DNA from: Raphidiopsis brookii D9
GTDB lineage: Bacteria > Cyanobacteriota > Cyanobacteriia > Cyanobacteriales > Nostocaceae
Direction of reading: 5' to 3'
DNA: 32,000 nucleotides
NCBI GenBank assembly: GCA_000175855.1
Contig: ACYB01000037.1
Span: 1-32,000, forward strand
The notes beneath the pieces are model-generated. The model worked only from the letters and a program-made list of their open reading frames with translations. It made no database searches and was not told the DNA's origin. Shown piece by piece: positions 19,376 through 32,000 of the stretch. Position 1 is the first letter of the stretch; each line of letters begins with the position of its first letter. The position numbers and the translations under genes are program-made.

Positions 19376-20488
<1,113 letters not shown>

Positions 20489-20510
20489 TAATCAATACTG
20501 GTAAATCAAA

Positions 20511-20539
20511 AGCTCCTCACTGGTTGGGGGGCTTTTTTT
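20511..20539 (+). terminator. rho-independent terminator of psbA
   Basis: AGCTCCTC (20511-20518) pairs with GGGGGGCT (20526-20533), using two G-U pairs, across a 7-nt loop. A T7 run follows (20533-20539). Confidence 0.7.
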
Positions 20540-20815
20540 ATGGGGTAGGATCACTGATCGGTTCATTCTCAATTGTTACACCTTTTGATCCCCCCAACCC
20601 TTTAAAAAAGGGCGCTAGATGCTTTTAAGTAATTTATATTTTATTTATATATGTTTTTTCTAGAAGTTAATGAGCGATCGCAATCCAACCCATGTTCCAA
20701 CCAACATCCCTCCTCAAAACCACAAATAAAAACCCGACTTTGGCTCACCCACTCACCGATAATAATTTACCTCATTTTGTAGTTTAAATACATGAAAATA
20801 GCTGTAAACACAAGG

Positions 20816-20858
20816 TTGACAAGAAATTTAGAATATTGTACAATATAGTTGTACAACT
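20816..20858 (+). promoter_or_regulatory. consensus sigma70-type promoter overlapped by two adjacent TGTACA-core palindromes (YefM-type operator)
   Basis: TTGACA (20816-20821), 17 nt, TACAAT (20839-20844). The perfect 14-bp palindrome ATATTGTACAATAT (20833-20846) abuts the perfect 12-bp palindrome AGTTGTACAACT (20847-20858). Confidence 0.6.
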
Positions 20859-20872
20859 TATTAAAAAAGAGA

Positions 20873-21469
20873 ATGTTAAACAAAGAAACCACTTACTCTC
20901 AAGCAAGGTTGAATTTAGCAACTATCTTAGATCAGGTGTGTGATCAACGGGAAATTGTAGTCATTAAACGTCGTAATGAGAAAAATGTCGCGTTAATTGC
21001 AGAAGATGAACTTTCCAGTTTATTAGAGTGTGTTTATTTATTAAGATCACCTGAAAATGCTAAACGTTTATTTCGAGCTTTAGAATGGACACAAACAGCA
21101 ATGGAAACTCCTCAAACATTGGCTGAATTAAAAGAGGAGTTAGGAATTGAGTGTAAGAAAAAAAAGCCGGATACTCATAATGAAGAAAAAGAATTATGTG
21201 GGTATTTTCCGGTTTTCAGTCCTGATTTTAAAGCAGATTTGGCTTGGTGGTATAATCATGATAGAAAAAAAGGGGATAAGATATTAGATTTAGTAGCGGA
21301 TATTCTTGATGGTCAACCGTTTACAGGCTTAGGTAAACCTGAACCTCTTAAATATATTGCTCCTGATACTTGGTCACGACGCATTGATTTAGAACATCGT
21401 TTGGTTTATAAAGTAACACAAAATAAAGTTTATTTTTTACAAGCTCGTTATCATTATGAATCAGATTAA
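20873..21469 (+). CDS. yefM-yoeB: YefM/Phd antitoxin domain and YoeB/Txe toxin domain in one reading frame (fused type II TA module)
   Basis: N-terminal TYSQARLNLATILDQV...VVIKRRNEKNVALIAEDELSSLLECVYLLRSPENAKRL matches YefM. C-terminal FSPDFKADLAWW...PFTGLGKPEPLKYIAPDTWSRRIDLEHRLVYKV...ARYHY matches YoeB, with the catalytic E (KPEPL), R (EHRLVY) and H-Y (RYHY) retained. The linker CKKKKPDTHNEEKELC (21152-21199) contains an A8 run (21158-21165). Start taken at ATG 20873 rather than TTG 20849. Confidence 0.8.
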   Translation: MLNKETTYSQARLNLATILDQVCDQREIVVIKRRNEKNVALIAEDELSSLLECVYLLRSPENAKRLFRALEWTQTAMETPQTLAELKEELGIECKKKKPDTHNEEKELCGYFPVFSPDFKADLAWWYNHDRKKGDKILDLVADILDGQPFTGLGKPEPLKYIAPDTWSRRIDLEHRLVYKVTQNKVYFLQARYHYESD

Positions 21470-21728
21470 AATCGTAAATCTATTTATTCCTTGACGGGTG
21501 TAGAAGCCAACAGATAAGCTATTGGTTCGGGGGTTCTGATAGAAGGCGATGGAGGCGTTACGGATCTGACATTGAAGTAGGTTTGAGGTAAAACTGTATA
21601 CAAAATGTTGATGGGAATACCAGCATTAAATCCTGTTTTTACCTGAAAAGATCTGCCTGACTCTGTTAACCTAGTTGTGCCGATTGTCTAAGTATGTCCT
21701 TGCATAAATTATTGTTTTATCTAGTTTT

Positions 21729-22967
21729 TCATTGTTTGTGTATCTGAAAATCTGTGGCTTTAACCGATATTTTATCTCTTTTTCTATCATAACTTTCTTG
21801 TAAAATAAAGCTGACTCTCTGCTTTTCTTTACGCAAAAATTTAGGTAACTCTCGTTGTAAGAAGAAGACACGATTGCCAGTATCATCTATAATCCATCCA
21901 TGAGCCTTGTTAGGCGGTAATGATTCAATTGTACCGCAATAACGGGGAATTTCCCGATATATAATTTCTTTCCAGTATTTCCGACATATTTGATTTAACT
22001 TAGTGATATCTCCCTCAAATTTAGTGAATGTTAATTGCTGGTTAGTGATTTCCTGGTTAATTTTTGCTTGTAATTGTTGTAAGGTATCTTTGGCTTTCCA
22101 ACCTTCTCTTTCTCGAATTACCTTGCATAGTTCTAAATGTTGTGCAGACATTTCTAACTTTCCTAGTAATAAGCTTTGCTGACAAATTTTTTCATATAAA
22201 GTAACTTTAATTGTATCTTCTCCCGGAGATAATGCTGCTTGGCAAGCAAACTTTAGGGCTATTTCTGGCTGATTAATACGTAAATATATATCTGATAAAT
22301 CCTGATAAATATACCATTCTTCTCGATGTTTTAGCAAGATATCCTTCAACTCGAGAATAGCTTTTTCTTCTTCTGCTAGATTAGCTAATGCCAAAGCGAA
22401 GAATCTGTAAAAATTGATTTCTTTGGGGTAAAATTTAATTGCTTCTAACGCACAAGCACGAGCTTCTTGCCATAATTCAAGTCCAACCAGGCTTTTTACT
22501 TTAGCAAAAAACCATTGTTCTTTTTTAGATTTCCCCATTCTACCATCAACAAGTACTGGTTCATCACTCAGATCTTCCGATTTTATCAGATTACACCATT
22601 CTAAGACAATATCCCATTTCTCCTTTTGTTTAGCAGCTTTAATCACAGTGAGGACAGTTAATTCTTTAGGTAAAGTATCTGGCTGTAAACTTAAAATTTT
22701 TTCTGCTGATTGTACTAATTGGTGTAAATTTTCTTTGGATGCTTCTGGTTTAATACCATAATCATAATATGACCAAACTAATTCATTCTTAATATATTTA
22801 TTACCAGGAAATTGATTAATTGCTTTATTTCCTTGTTGAATAGACCCTGATGGATACCCACCTTTACGTAAACAATAAAGATAACGACTTGCAGCATAAG
22901 CATTATTTTGATTTTCCCATACTTGGCGAAAAATAGTTCCTGCTTCCTTCCATTGCTGTTGTTTCAC
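21729..22967 (-). CDS. TPR-like helical-repeat protein with a C-terminal cold-shock/OB-like domain
   Basis: GTG start. The helical-repeat character is judged by eye (e.g. WQEARACALEAIKFYPKEINFYRFFALALANLAEEEKAILELKDIL, YQDLSDIYLRINQPEIALKFACQAAL). The last ~70 aa (nt 21732-21944), GTIESLPPNKAHGWIIDDTGNRVFFLQRELP...RVSFIL, follow the G-x-V...GxGFI..D.G..VFFH pattern of cold-shock domains. It lies 69 nt downstream of the helicase gene on the same strand. Confidence 0.6.
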   Translation of the reverse strand: MKQQQWKEAGTIFRQVWENQNNAYAASRYLYCLRKGGYPSGSIQQGNKAINQFPGNKYIKNELVWSYYDYGIKPEASKENLHQLVQSAEKILSLQPDTLPKELTVLTVIKAAKQKEKWDIVLEWCNLIKSEDLSDEPVLVDGRMGKSKKEQWFFAKVKSLVGLELWQEARACALEAIKFYPKEINFYRFFALALANLAEEEKAILELKDILLKHREEWYIYQDLSDIYLRINQPEIALKFACQAALSPGEDTIKVTLYEKICQQSLLLGKLEMSAQHLELCKVIREREGWKAKDTLQQLQAKINQEITNQQLTFTKFEGDITKLNQICRKYWKEIIYREIPRYCGTIESLPPNKAHGWIIDDTGNRVFFLQRELPKFLRKEKQRVSFILQESYDRKRDKISVKATDFQIHKQ

Positions 22968-23036
22968 TAGTTCCGTTGCATTGTTTTATTAATTCATTTT
23001 CATTCATGATAATTAATTCCTGATATATGAATACTC

Positions 23037-24941
23037 CTATGAGTTGAACATGTCAAAACTTGAATCGTTTTTTAATTCCCGTACTAGTTTAGATTGATGA
23101 TGGACATACAAACTCAAATGTTCTTGAGCGCGAGTCATGGCAACATAAATCTGTCTTCTTGCTAAAATTTCAGCGTCTTTTTTACCAATAGAATCATCAA
23201 ACTGTTCTAACCAAATTAATAATACTGCTTTAAACTCTAACCCAAGAGATGAATGCATGGTTATAATTTTGACACCTTCTCTCTTTCCATTATATTGTCT
23301 TTTAGAATTATCATTTTGATTAACCCAGTAAGTGGATATACCTTGCTGATTGAATTTTCTGATAATAGAATCTAATCTTGGTACATATTCCTGACTTTTT
23401 TTTCTATATAAGATAGCTATATCGCGATCATCAATATTTAATGATTTCAAAGAATGGATAGTTGATATAATACATTCCTCTTGTTGATCAGGTGTGCTAG
23501 TTATATAAAGTTTTGGTTTATCCCCCTGTCTCAATGCTAAATCAGGTTTAACCAGAGGGAAAGTGACATCTTCTTCTTCTAAAGGTTCAACTAAATCAGA
23601 GACAGGGTTTAAAACATTCAAAGCAGATGACAGAATTTGATAAGTGTTACGGTAGTTTTTATCTAAGTCAAATTTCTTGCTAATAGTACGACCCTGCGCT
23701 CTAATTCCCACATCGGCCCACCTAAAATTAGACCTTTTATAAAGGCTTTGGTTGCCATCTGCAACAATCATTAAATCACTATTTTCACTATCTTTCAGAG
23801 CATTCAAGCAACACTGAAACCAAATAGGAACAAAAGTATGAGCTTCATCAATAAAAATAGCATCCCATTTCTGTTCTTGTGAATATTCAGATAATTTATT
23901 AATAACTAGGTTACCTATATATTCGTCACGATTTCCTTCAGATTGATTAGGTAATCTACCTAATACAGATTTTGCCCACTCATCAAAATTTCTGACTTCA
24001 ATATTTTGATAATGCTGATTTTGTGAATCTTGATGAAAAACTGATTTTATATGAGCTGCCAAACATACATTGAAACACAGTATTAATATTTTCGCATTAT
24101 GATTTTGGTTGATTAAGTATTTAGCGCGTGAGATTAACAATAGAGTTTTCCCCGAACCAGAGACACCGAAAAAGATACGATGACCATCTCCTATACTTTT
24201 AGACAAAGATTCTTGCTTACTGTCTAATGTTCTTAATATAACATCGCTTGGTAAAATTGAAAATTCAGAATTAAGACTTTTCAATGTAGCTTTTTCTGGT
24301 CTAATAACAATTTCAGGATATATAATTCCCCTGATAGTGCTAATCTGATCAGGTGTTAAAGGAGAAAAAACAAAGTCAATTCCAAACATTTTTTGAAAAC
24401 GCTGGATAATAGTTTTTTCTTGAATATCATCTTCTTCCCATGCCAATAATTCATCACGATAAATTACACTTTGAGTCGGTAGTACATCAGTTAAATTTTT
24501 TCTGTGAGCTTGTTCATAGGTCAAGTTAGACATAACTGCACCAACACCAATGGGAAAACATAAGTTCCCCTGATATTTGCCACATTGATTAGTTAATATT
24601 CTAGTTTCTTTCAGCAGATTTAATAATTTATCCAGATAGTCCTTACCCTGTCGTAAAGGAGACTTCTGTTTTTCAGTTGTCTCTAAATCATTACGATTAT
24701 TCTGAATTTTAAAAGTATCATAGGAAGCTGTAAGTATGTTTTTGGCATACCATCCCTTAACTTCTATAACAAGTAGCCCAAAATCAGGAGACAAAATAAT
24801 AAAGTCAGGATAACGACCATCTATTCTGGGTTCATACCAAACATAGAAATTATCTGATAACTTATTTCTGAGAATATTGTATAATTTCCTTTCTCCCTCA
24901 CTAGCTTTTCCAGGAATAGAGAACGGTATTATAGTTGCCAT
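23037..24941 (-). CDS. NERD-domain PD-(D/E)xK nuclease fused to an SF1 UvrD/Rep-like helicase (634 aa)
   Basis: N-terminus ERKLYNILRN...YPD46FIILSPDFGLLVIE60VK62GW is a NERD/PD-ExK core (nt ~24756-24806). Walker A GVSGSGKT (K265 = nt 24147-24149). Walker B IFIDEAHTF. SF1 motifs DKNYRNT, ITMHSSLGLEFKAVLL and IYVAMTRAQEHLSLY. Confidence 0.85.
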   Translation of the reverse strand: MATIIPFSIPGKASEGERKLYNILRNKLSDNFYVWYEPRIDGRYPDFIILSPDFGLLVIEVKGWYAKNILTASYDTFKIQNNRNDLETTEKQKSPLRQGKDYLDKLLNLLKETRILTNQCGKYQGNLCFPIGVGAVMSNLTYEQAHRKNLTDVLPTQSVIYRDELLAWEEDDIQEKTIIQRFQKMFGIDFVFSPLTPDQISTIRGIIYPEIVIRPEKATLKSLNSEFSILPSDVILRTLDSKQESLSKSIGDGHRIFFGVSGSGKTLLLISRAKYLINQNHNAKILILCFNVCLAAHIKSVFHQDSQNQHYQNIEVRNFDEWAKSVLGRLPNQSEGNRDEYIGNLVINKLSEYSQEQKWDAIFIDEAHTFVPIWFQCCLNALKDSENSDLMIVADGNQSLYKRSNFRWADVGIRAQGRTISKKFDLDKNYRNTYQILSSALNVLNPVSDLVEPLEEEDVTFPLVKPDLALRQGDKPKLYITSTPDQQEECIISTIHSLKSLNIDDRDIAILYRKKSQEYVPRLDSIIRKFNQQGISTYWVNQNDNSKRQYNGKREGVKIITMHSSLGLEFKAVLLIWLEQFDDSIGKKDAEILARRQIYVAMTRAQEHLSLYVHHQSKLVRELKNDSSFDMFNS

Positions 24942-24978
24942 GTTGAATTACTTATTATTTATAGTTTTACCACTGTTA

Positions 24979-24987
24979 ATTATAACA
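24979..24987 (-). promoter_or_regulatory. possible extended -10 element (TGTTATAAT) for the helicase operon
   Basis: The reverse complement of 24979-24987 reads TGTTATAAT, about 38 nt upstream of the ATG at 24941. No good -35 was found. Confidence 0.3.
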
Positions 24988-25094
24988 CTGTATAACCTTG
25001 TATGAGTAACTTAACAACATTTCTTAATATAGCCTTGCGCCAAAACCAAACCGCCCACCCCATAATAAATGGAGTGAGCGATTGTGTAATAATA

Positions 25095-25214
25095 AACCTG
25101 GCATCGAGCTATTTTGACATAGGGCAACCCCCATACTATCGTCGCCGCAACAGCGTTTCACCTCTGAGTTCGGGAAGGTATCAGTGTGGTTCCACCGCAC
25201 CATAGACACCAGGA
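25095..25214 (-). rRNA. rrf: 5S ribosomal RNA
   Basis: The reverse complement reads TCCTGGTGTCTATGGTGCGGTGGAACCACACTGATACCTTCCCGAACTCAGAGGTGAAACGC...GCTCGATGCCAGGT, with the terminal helix CCTGG/CCAGG. Ends are +/- a few nt. Confidence 0.9.
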
Positions 25215-25291
25215 AAACCTCTCGGTTTCAAAGTAGTAACTTCAAAACCCTGAAGACTGCATATATTTCGATAAGAGTAAATTTAATTTCT

Positions 25292-28112
<2,821 letters not shown>

Positions 28113-28212
28113 ACTTACTCTTACTCTTATCTTTCTATATGCAGTTTTCAAGGTTCTGGCTGGTTTATCACCAGCAGTCTAGGTCTTTCCTAGTTGCTGA
28201 AGATACCCAATG

Positions 28213-28285
28213 TGGAGGTTAGCGGACTCGAACCGCTGACATCCTGCTTGCAAAGCAGGCGCTCTACCAACTGAGCTAAACCCCC
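28213..28285 (-). tRNA. tRNA-Ala (anticodon UGC)
   Basis: The reverse complement is GGGGGTTTAGCTCAGTTGGTAGAGCGCCTGCTTTGCAAGCAGGATGTCAGCGGTTCGAGTCCGCTAACCTCCA. It forms a cloverleaf with the G3:U70 identity pair and anticodon loop CTTTGCAAG. No encoded CCA. Confidence 0.97.
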
Positions 28286-28291
28286 ATCAGG

Positions 28292-28365
<74 letters not shown>

Positions 28366-28484
28366 TCTCGCGAACCAAATATTAGTTTGAAAGACTTCAC
28401 AATCTCACGTCACCGACCTAGAGTAGACCATTTGATTCTCTATTCGCTTTCCGCTTTCGATTCTTCAATGGGTAGGTCTCCCTA

Positions 28485-29972
<1,488 letters not shown>

Positions 29973-30133
29973 GTTAAGTTTGTTTTTAGCTCTTTCTTTG
30001 ACTGATTATCTCAGTCTGTCATTATTTTCTTGACGAGTAGATTGCTTTGTACTGTCTTTCAAACTATATTGTTTTCAAGGTTCGGGTGTGCTTGGGAGTC
30101 GCTGTTTCTTGCGTCTCTCTCAGCCACTTAATC

Positions 30134-30162
30134 AATATAGCGAACCTCTTTGAGAATGTCAA
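30134..30162 (-). promoter_or_regulatory. rrn operon promoter (TTGACA - 17 nt - TATATT)
   Basis: The reverse complement of 30157-30162 is TTGACA and of 30134-30139 is TATATT, with an exact 17-nt spacer. It lies about 160 nt upstream of the mature 16S 5' end. Confidence 0.6.
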
Positions 30163-30296
30163 CTACTTTTTCCACTTTTTTTCTAAAAAAGTTTTTTGCC
30201 AAAATCTTAGGGGCTGAATCCTTTACGGGTCAGGCATTTGAGCCACGGGTGACCTGTTGAAATCTCTGTTTAAGCTTGATTACATTTAAACAACTG

Positions 30297-31190
30297 ATGG
30301 AAAATTCGATTAAAAATTTATTGGGTGTATTACCACCGGTTTTGTTGCTTGACCCCATGCTGCGGGTCTGGTTGATGGAAGATATTGGCAGGGGCGATCG
30401 CACGACTCAAGCCCTATTATCCGATCGCCATACTATTGTACAAGCTAGGTGGGTGGCTAAAGCACGGGGGATAATTGCCGGGTTGCCAATTGCAGCTAGG
30501 GTGTTTTACCTATTAAATGACAAAATCAATTTTGTGCCACTCAAGGCTGAGGGAGACCCGTGTCAATCTGATGAAGTAGTAGCAGAAATTACAGGGGCTT
30601 GGGATGGGTTATTGATGGGGGAGCGGGTGGCACTGAATTTGGTCATGCGGTTAAGTGGAATTGCTAGTTTGACTAATATGTATGTGGAAAAAATAGCAGA
30701 TCTGTCCGCTAAGTTTGTTGATACTCGTAAGACCACTCCCGGTTTGAGAATTTTAGAAAAGTATGCTAGTTCGGTGGGTGGAGCTATTAATCATCGTATG
30801 GGATTGGATGATGCGGTGATGATTAAGGATAATCACATAGTGGCAGCTGGCAGTATTACTAAGGCTATTCAACAAGTGCGATCGCAAATCCCATATCCAC
30901 TGACCATTGAGGTAGAAACTGAAACTATAGAGCAGGTTGAGGAAGCGCTACAATGTCAAGCTGACATTATTATGTTGGATAATATGTCTCTGGATATGAT
31001 GACCCAAGCAGTAAGTTTAATTCGTCAACAGGATAAACGGGTGAAAGTTGAAGCATCGGGCAATATTAGCTTAGAGACTATTCGTAGTGTGGCACAAACG
31101 GGTGTGGATTTTATTTCCAGCAGTGCCCCTGTAACTCAATCACGATGGTTAGATCTGAGTATGAGGATAGAGAGTAATTTAGATGACTAA
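30297..31190 (+). CDS. nadC: nicotinate-nucleotide diphosphorylase (carboxylating) / quinolinate phosphoribosyltransferase
   Basis: EDIGRGDRTT, ERVALNL..RLSGIA, DTRKTTPGLR..EKYA...GG..NHR.GL.D..MIKDNH, and MLDNM are canonical NadC motifs. Start taken at ATG 30297 (the track's TTG 30276 is possible). Confidence 0.9.
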   Translation: MENSIKNLLGVLPPVLLLDPMLRVWLMEDIGRGDRTTQALLSDRHTIVQARWVAKARGIIAGLPIAARVFYLLNDKINFVPLKAEGDPCQSDEVVAEITGAWDGLLMGERVALNLVMRLSGIASLTNMYVEKIADLSAKFVDTRKTTPGLRILEKYASSVGGAINHRMGLDDAVMIKDNHIVAAGSITKAIQQVRSQIPYPLTIEVETETIEQVEEALQCQADIIMLDNMSLDMMTQAVSLIRQQDKRVKVEASGNISLETIRSVAQTGVDFISSSAPVTQSRWLDLSMRIESNLDD

Positions 31191-31196
31191 AAGTGA

Positions 31197-31919
31197 CTAT
31201 AACTCCCTATCAGGAAGATTATAGGTCCAGATAGTTTGAGAACGGGCCATATTTAACCACTGATGGTCAGTGGTCAAATACCCAATTTCCGTCATGTACT
31301 CATGATGGGTTCTGGGAATGGCTAAGTAGTAATCTGACCCTGATTCCTCACACTCATATTCCTTAACCAAAGGAGGAGATTGAACACTCAGATCCAGATT
31401 GGTCACATCATAAAGTCTAATAGCTAGAATGTTACCTCCTCTCTTTTTTGCCAACTGGCGATCGCTCTCGGAAATGTACCAGTGAACATAGGCCCATTTA
31501 GCCGAGCGCGGTACAAAGACAATGGAGCTTCCGGTACCGATTTGAGAATTATTTGGGGGAATGTGATTCTCTATGACTGTTAGAGGAGGGTTGTTGACCA
31601 CTCCAACTGGTGCTTCCATATCCCAAACCAACTCCCCGAAATCTAAGCCTACCGCTTGATCAAAAACATCGGAGTCACTGGCAATTACTTTTTCCGTGGC
31701 GGAGTAATTAACTAGACTCTCATTACTATTCTTGTCCGTGTTGTCCGTTTCTTTCAGAATTCTCCTTTTGGCCCTTTGACTAGAACCTGATATCCCCTCA
31801 GTAGCAAGATTTTTCTTTCGTGGGGATTTTTTACTCATTAATAGCCAAAGTAAGAACGTTAGGACTATTACTAGAAAGAATAAACCAATTAACACTCCTA
31901 GGAGTTTTCCGTTTCCCAC
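31197..31919 (-). CDS. membrane-anchored DUF4912-like protein
   Basis: TM helix LLGVLIGLFFLVIVLTFLLWLL. C-terminal AYVHWYISE...ILAIRLYDVTNLD...YYLAIP resembles DUF4912. The reading frame stays open upstream of the GTG at 31919 all the way to position 32000, so the true start may lie outside the window. Confidence 0.65.
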   Translation of the reverse strand: MGNGKLLGVLIGLFFLVIVLTFLLWLLMSKKSPRKKNLATEGISGSSQRAKRRILKETDNTDKNSNESLVNYSATEKVIASDSDVFDQAVGLDFGELVWDMEAPVGVVNNPPLTVIENHIPPNNSQIGTGSSIVFVPRSAKWAYVHWYISESDRQLAKKRGGNILAIRLYDVTNLDLSVQSPPLVKEYECEESGSDYYLAIPRTHHEYMTEIGYLTTDHQWLNMARSQTIWTYNLPDREL

Positions 31920-32000
31920 AACACTGGAAAATAGCCGACTAGCATAGCCAAAATAATTACCATTATTTATTCCTGGGGAGACAGAACTTGACAGCAGCCC

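Noticed and set aside
20598-20612. CCCTTTAAAAAAGGG hairpin, considered as a fragment of a dispersed Nostocales repeat or MITE
   Set aside because: Single copy in the window with no flanking terminal repeats. It cannot be classified without genome-wide counts.
21480-21660. GC-richer stretch between the TA module and the TPR gene, with a ~54-codon stop-free minus-strand frame (...IRNASIAFYQNPRTNSLSVGFYTRQGINR...)
   Set aside because: It has no start codon, no recognisable family, and a length within chance expectation. It is possibly a gene remnant at an insertion junction, but this is unsupported.
21671-21886. 71-aa ORF overlapping the 3' end of the TPR-CSD gene
   Set aside because: Alternative frame of the same strand within a longer, better-supported ORF, with Lys/Asn/Tyr-rich AT-driven composition.
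22968-23010. Possible N-terminal extension of the TPR gene from the ATG at ~23007 (MNENELIKQCNGTSE...)
   Set aside because: It is in a different frame, and joining it would require deleting a base. That is the opposite of the missing-base pattern seen elsewhere. The in-frame upstream codons hit TAA at 22986-22988, so the GTG at 22967 is kept.

Overview
This is a chromosomal segment of a filamentous, Nostocales-like cyanobacterium. The assignment is an inference from three things: 19 copies of the HIP1 octamer GCGATCGC, a psbA (D1) gene, and a cyanobacterial-type rrn operon. The rrn operon lies on the minus strand at about 25.1-30.0 kb in the order 16S, tRNA-Ile(GAU), tRNA-Ala(UGC), 23S, 5S. 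It sits behind a near-consensus TTGACA-17-TATATT promoter.

Most of the window is housekeeping:
- DUF29 protein
- pepP
- PfkB adenosine-kinase-like gene
- MoaD/ThiS-like GG protein plus a zinc-ribbon threonine synthase
- acnB
- PHP phosphoesterase
- mltA
- NADAR/YbiA
- a tightly coupled DUF4129-DUF4350-MoxR-DUF58 operon
- psbA (E130 form)
- nadC
- a DUF4912-like protein

The most interesting region is an AT-rich stretch at about 20.7-25.0 kb, wedged between the psbA terminator and the 5S end of the rrn operon. It carries two things:
- A YefM antitoxin and a YoeB toxin read as one ORF across an A8 tract. It sits behind a consensus promoter overlapped by two adjacent TGTACA-core palindromes.
- A convergent two-gene cassette. 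One gene encodes a NERD/PD-(D/E)xK nuclease fused to an SF1 (UvrD-like) helicase. The other encodes a TPR-like protein with a C-terminal cold-shock-like OB fold. I rate this as the best candidate for an undescribed defence-type system.

A second, weaker candidate is a 256-aa protein with a TIR/2-deoxyribosyltransferase-like C-terminal domain, next to the NADAR gene at 13.1-14.8 kb.

Several reading-frame problems sit at homopolymers, each consistent with one missing base: the pepP C-terminus, the adenosine kinase start, the left-edge ORF and possibly the TA fusion. Sequence quality must therefore be checked before the fusion is over-interpreted. No CRISPR array, transposase or integrase was recognised.
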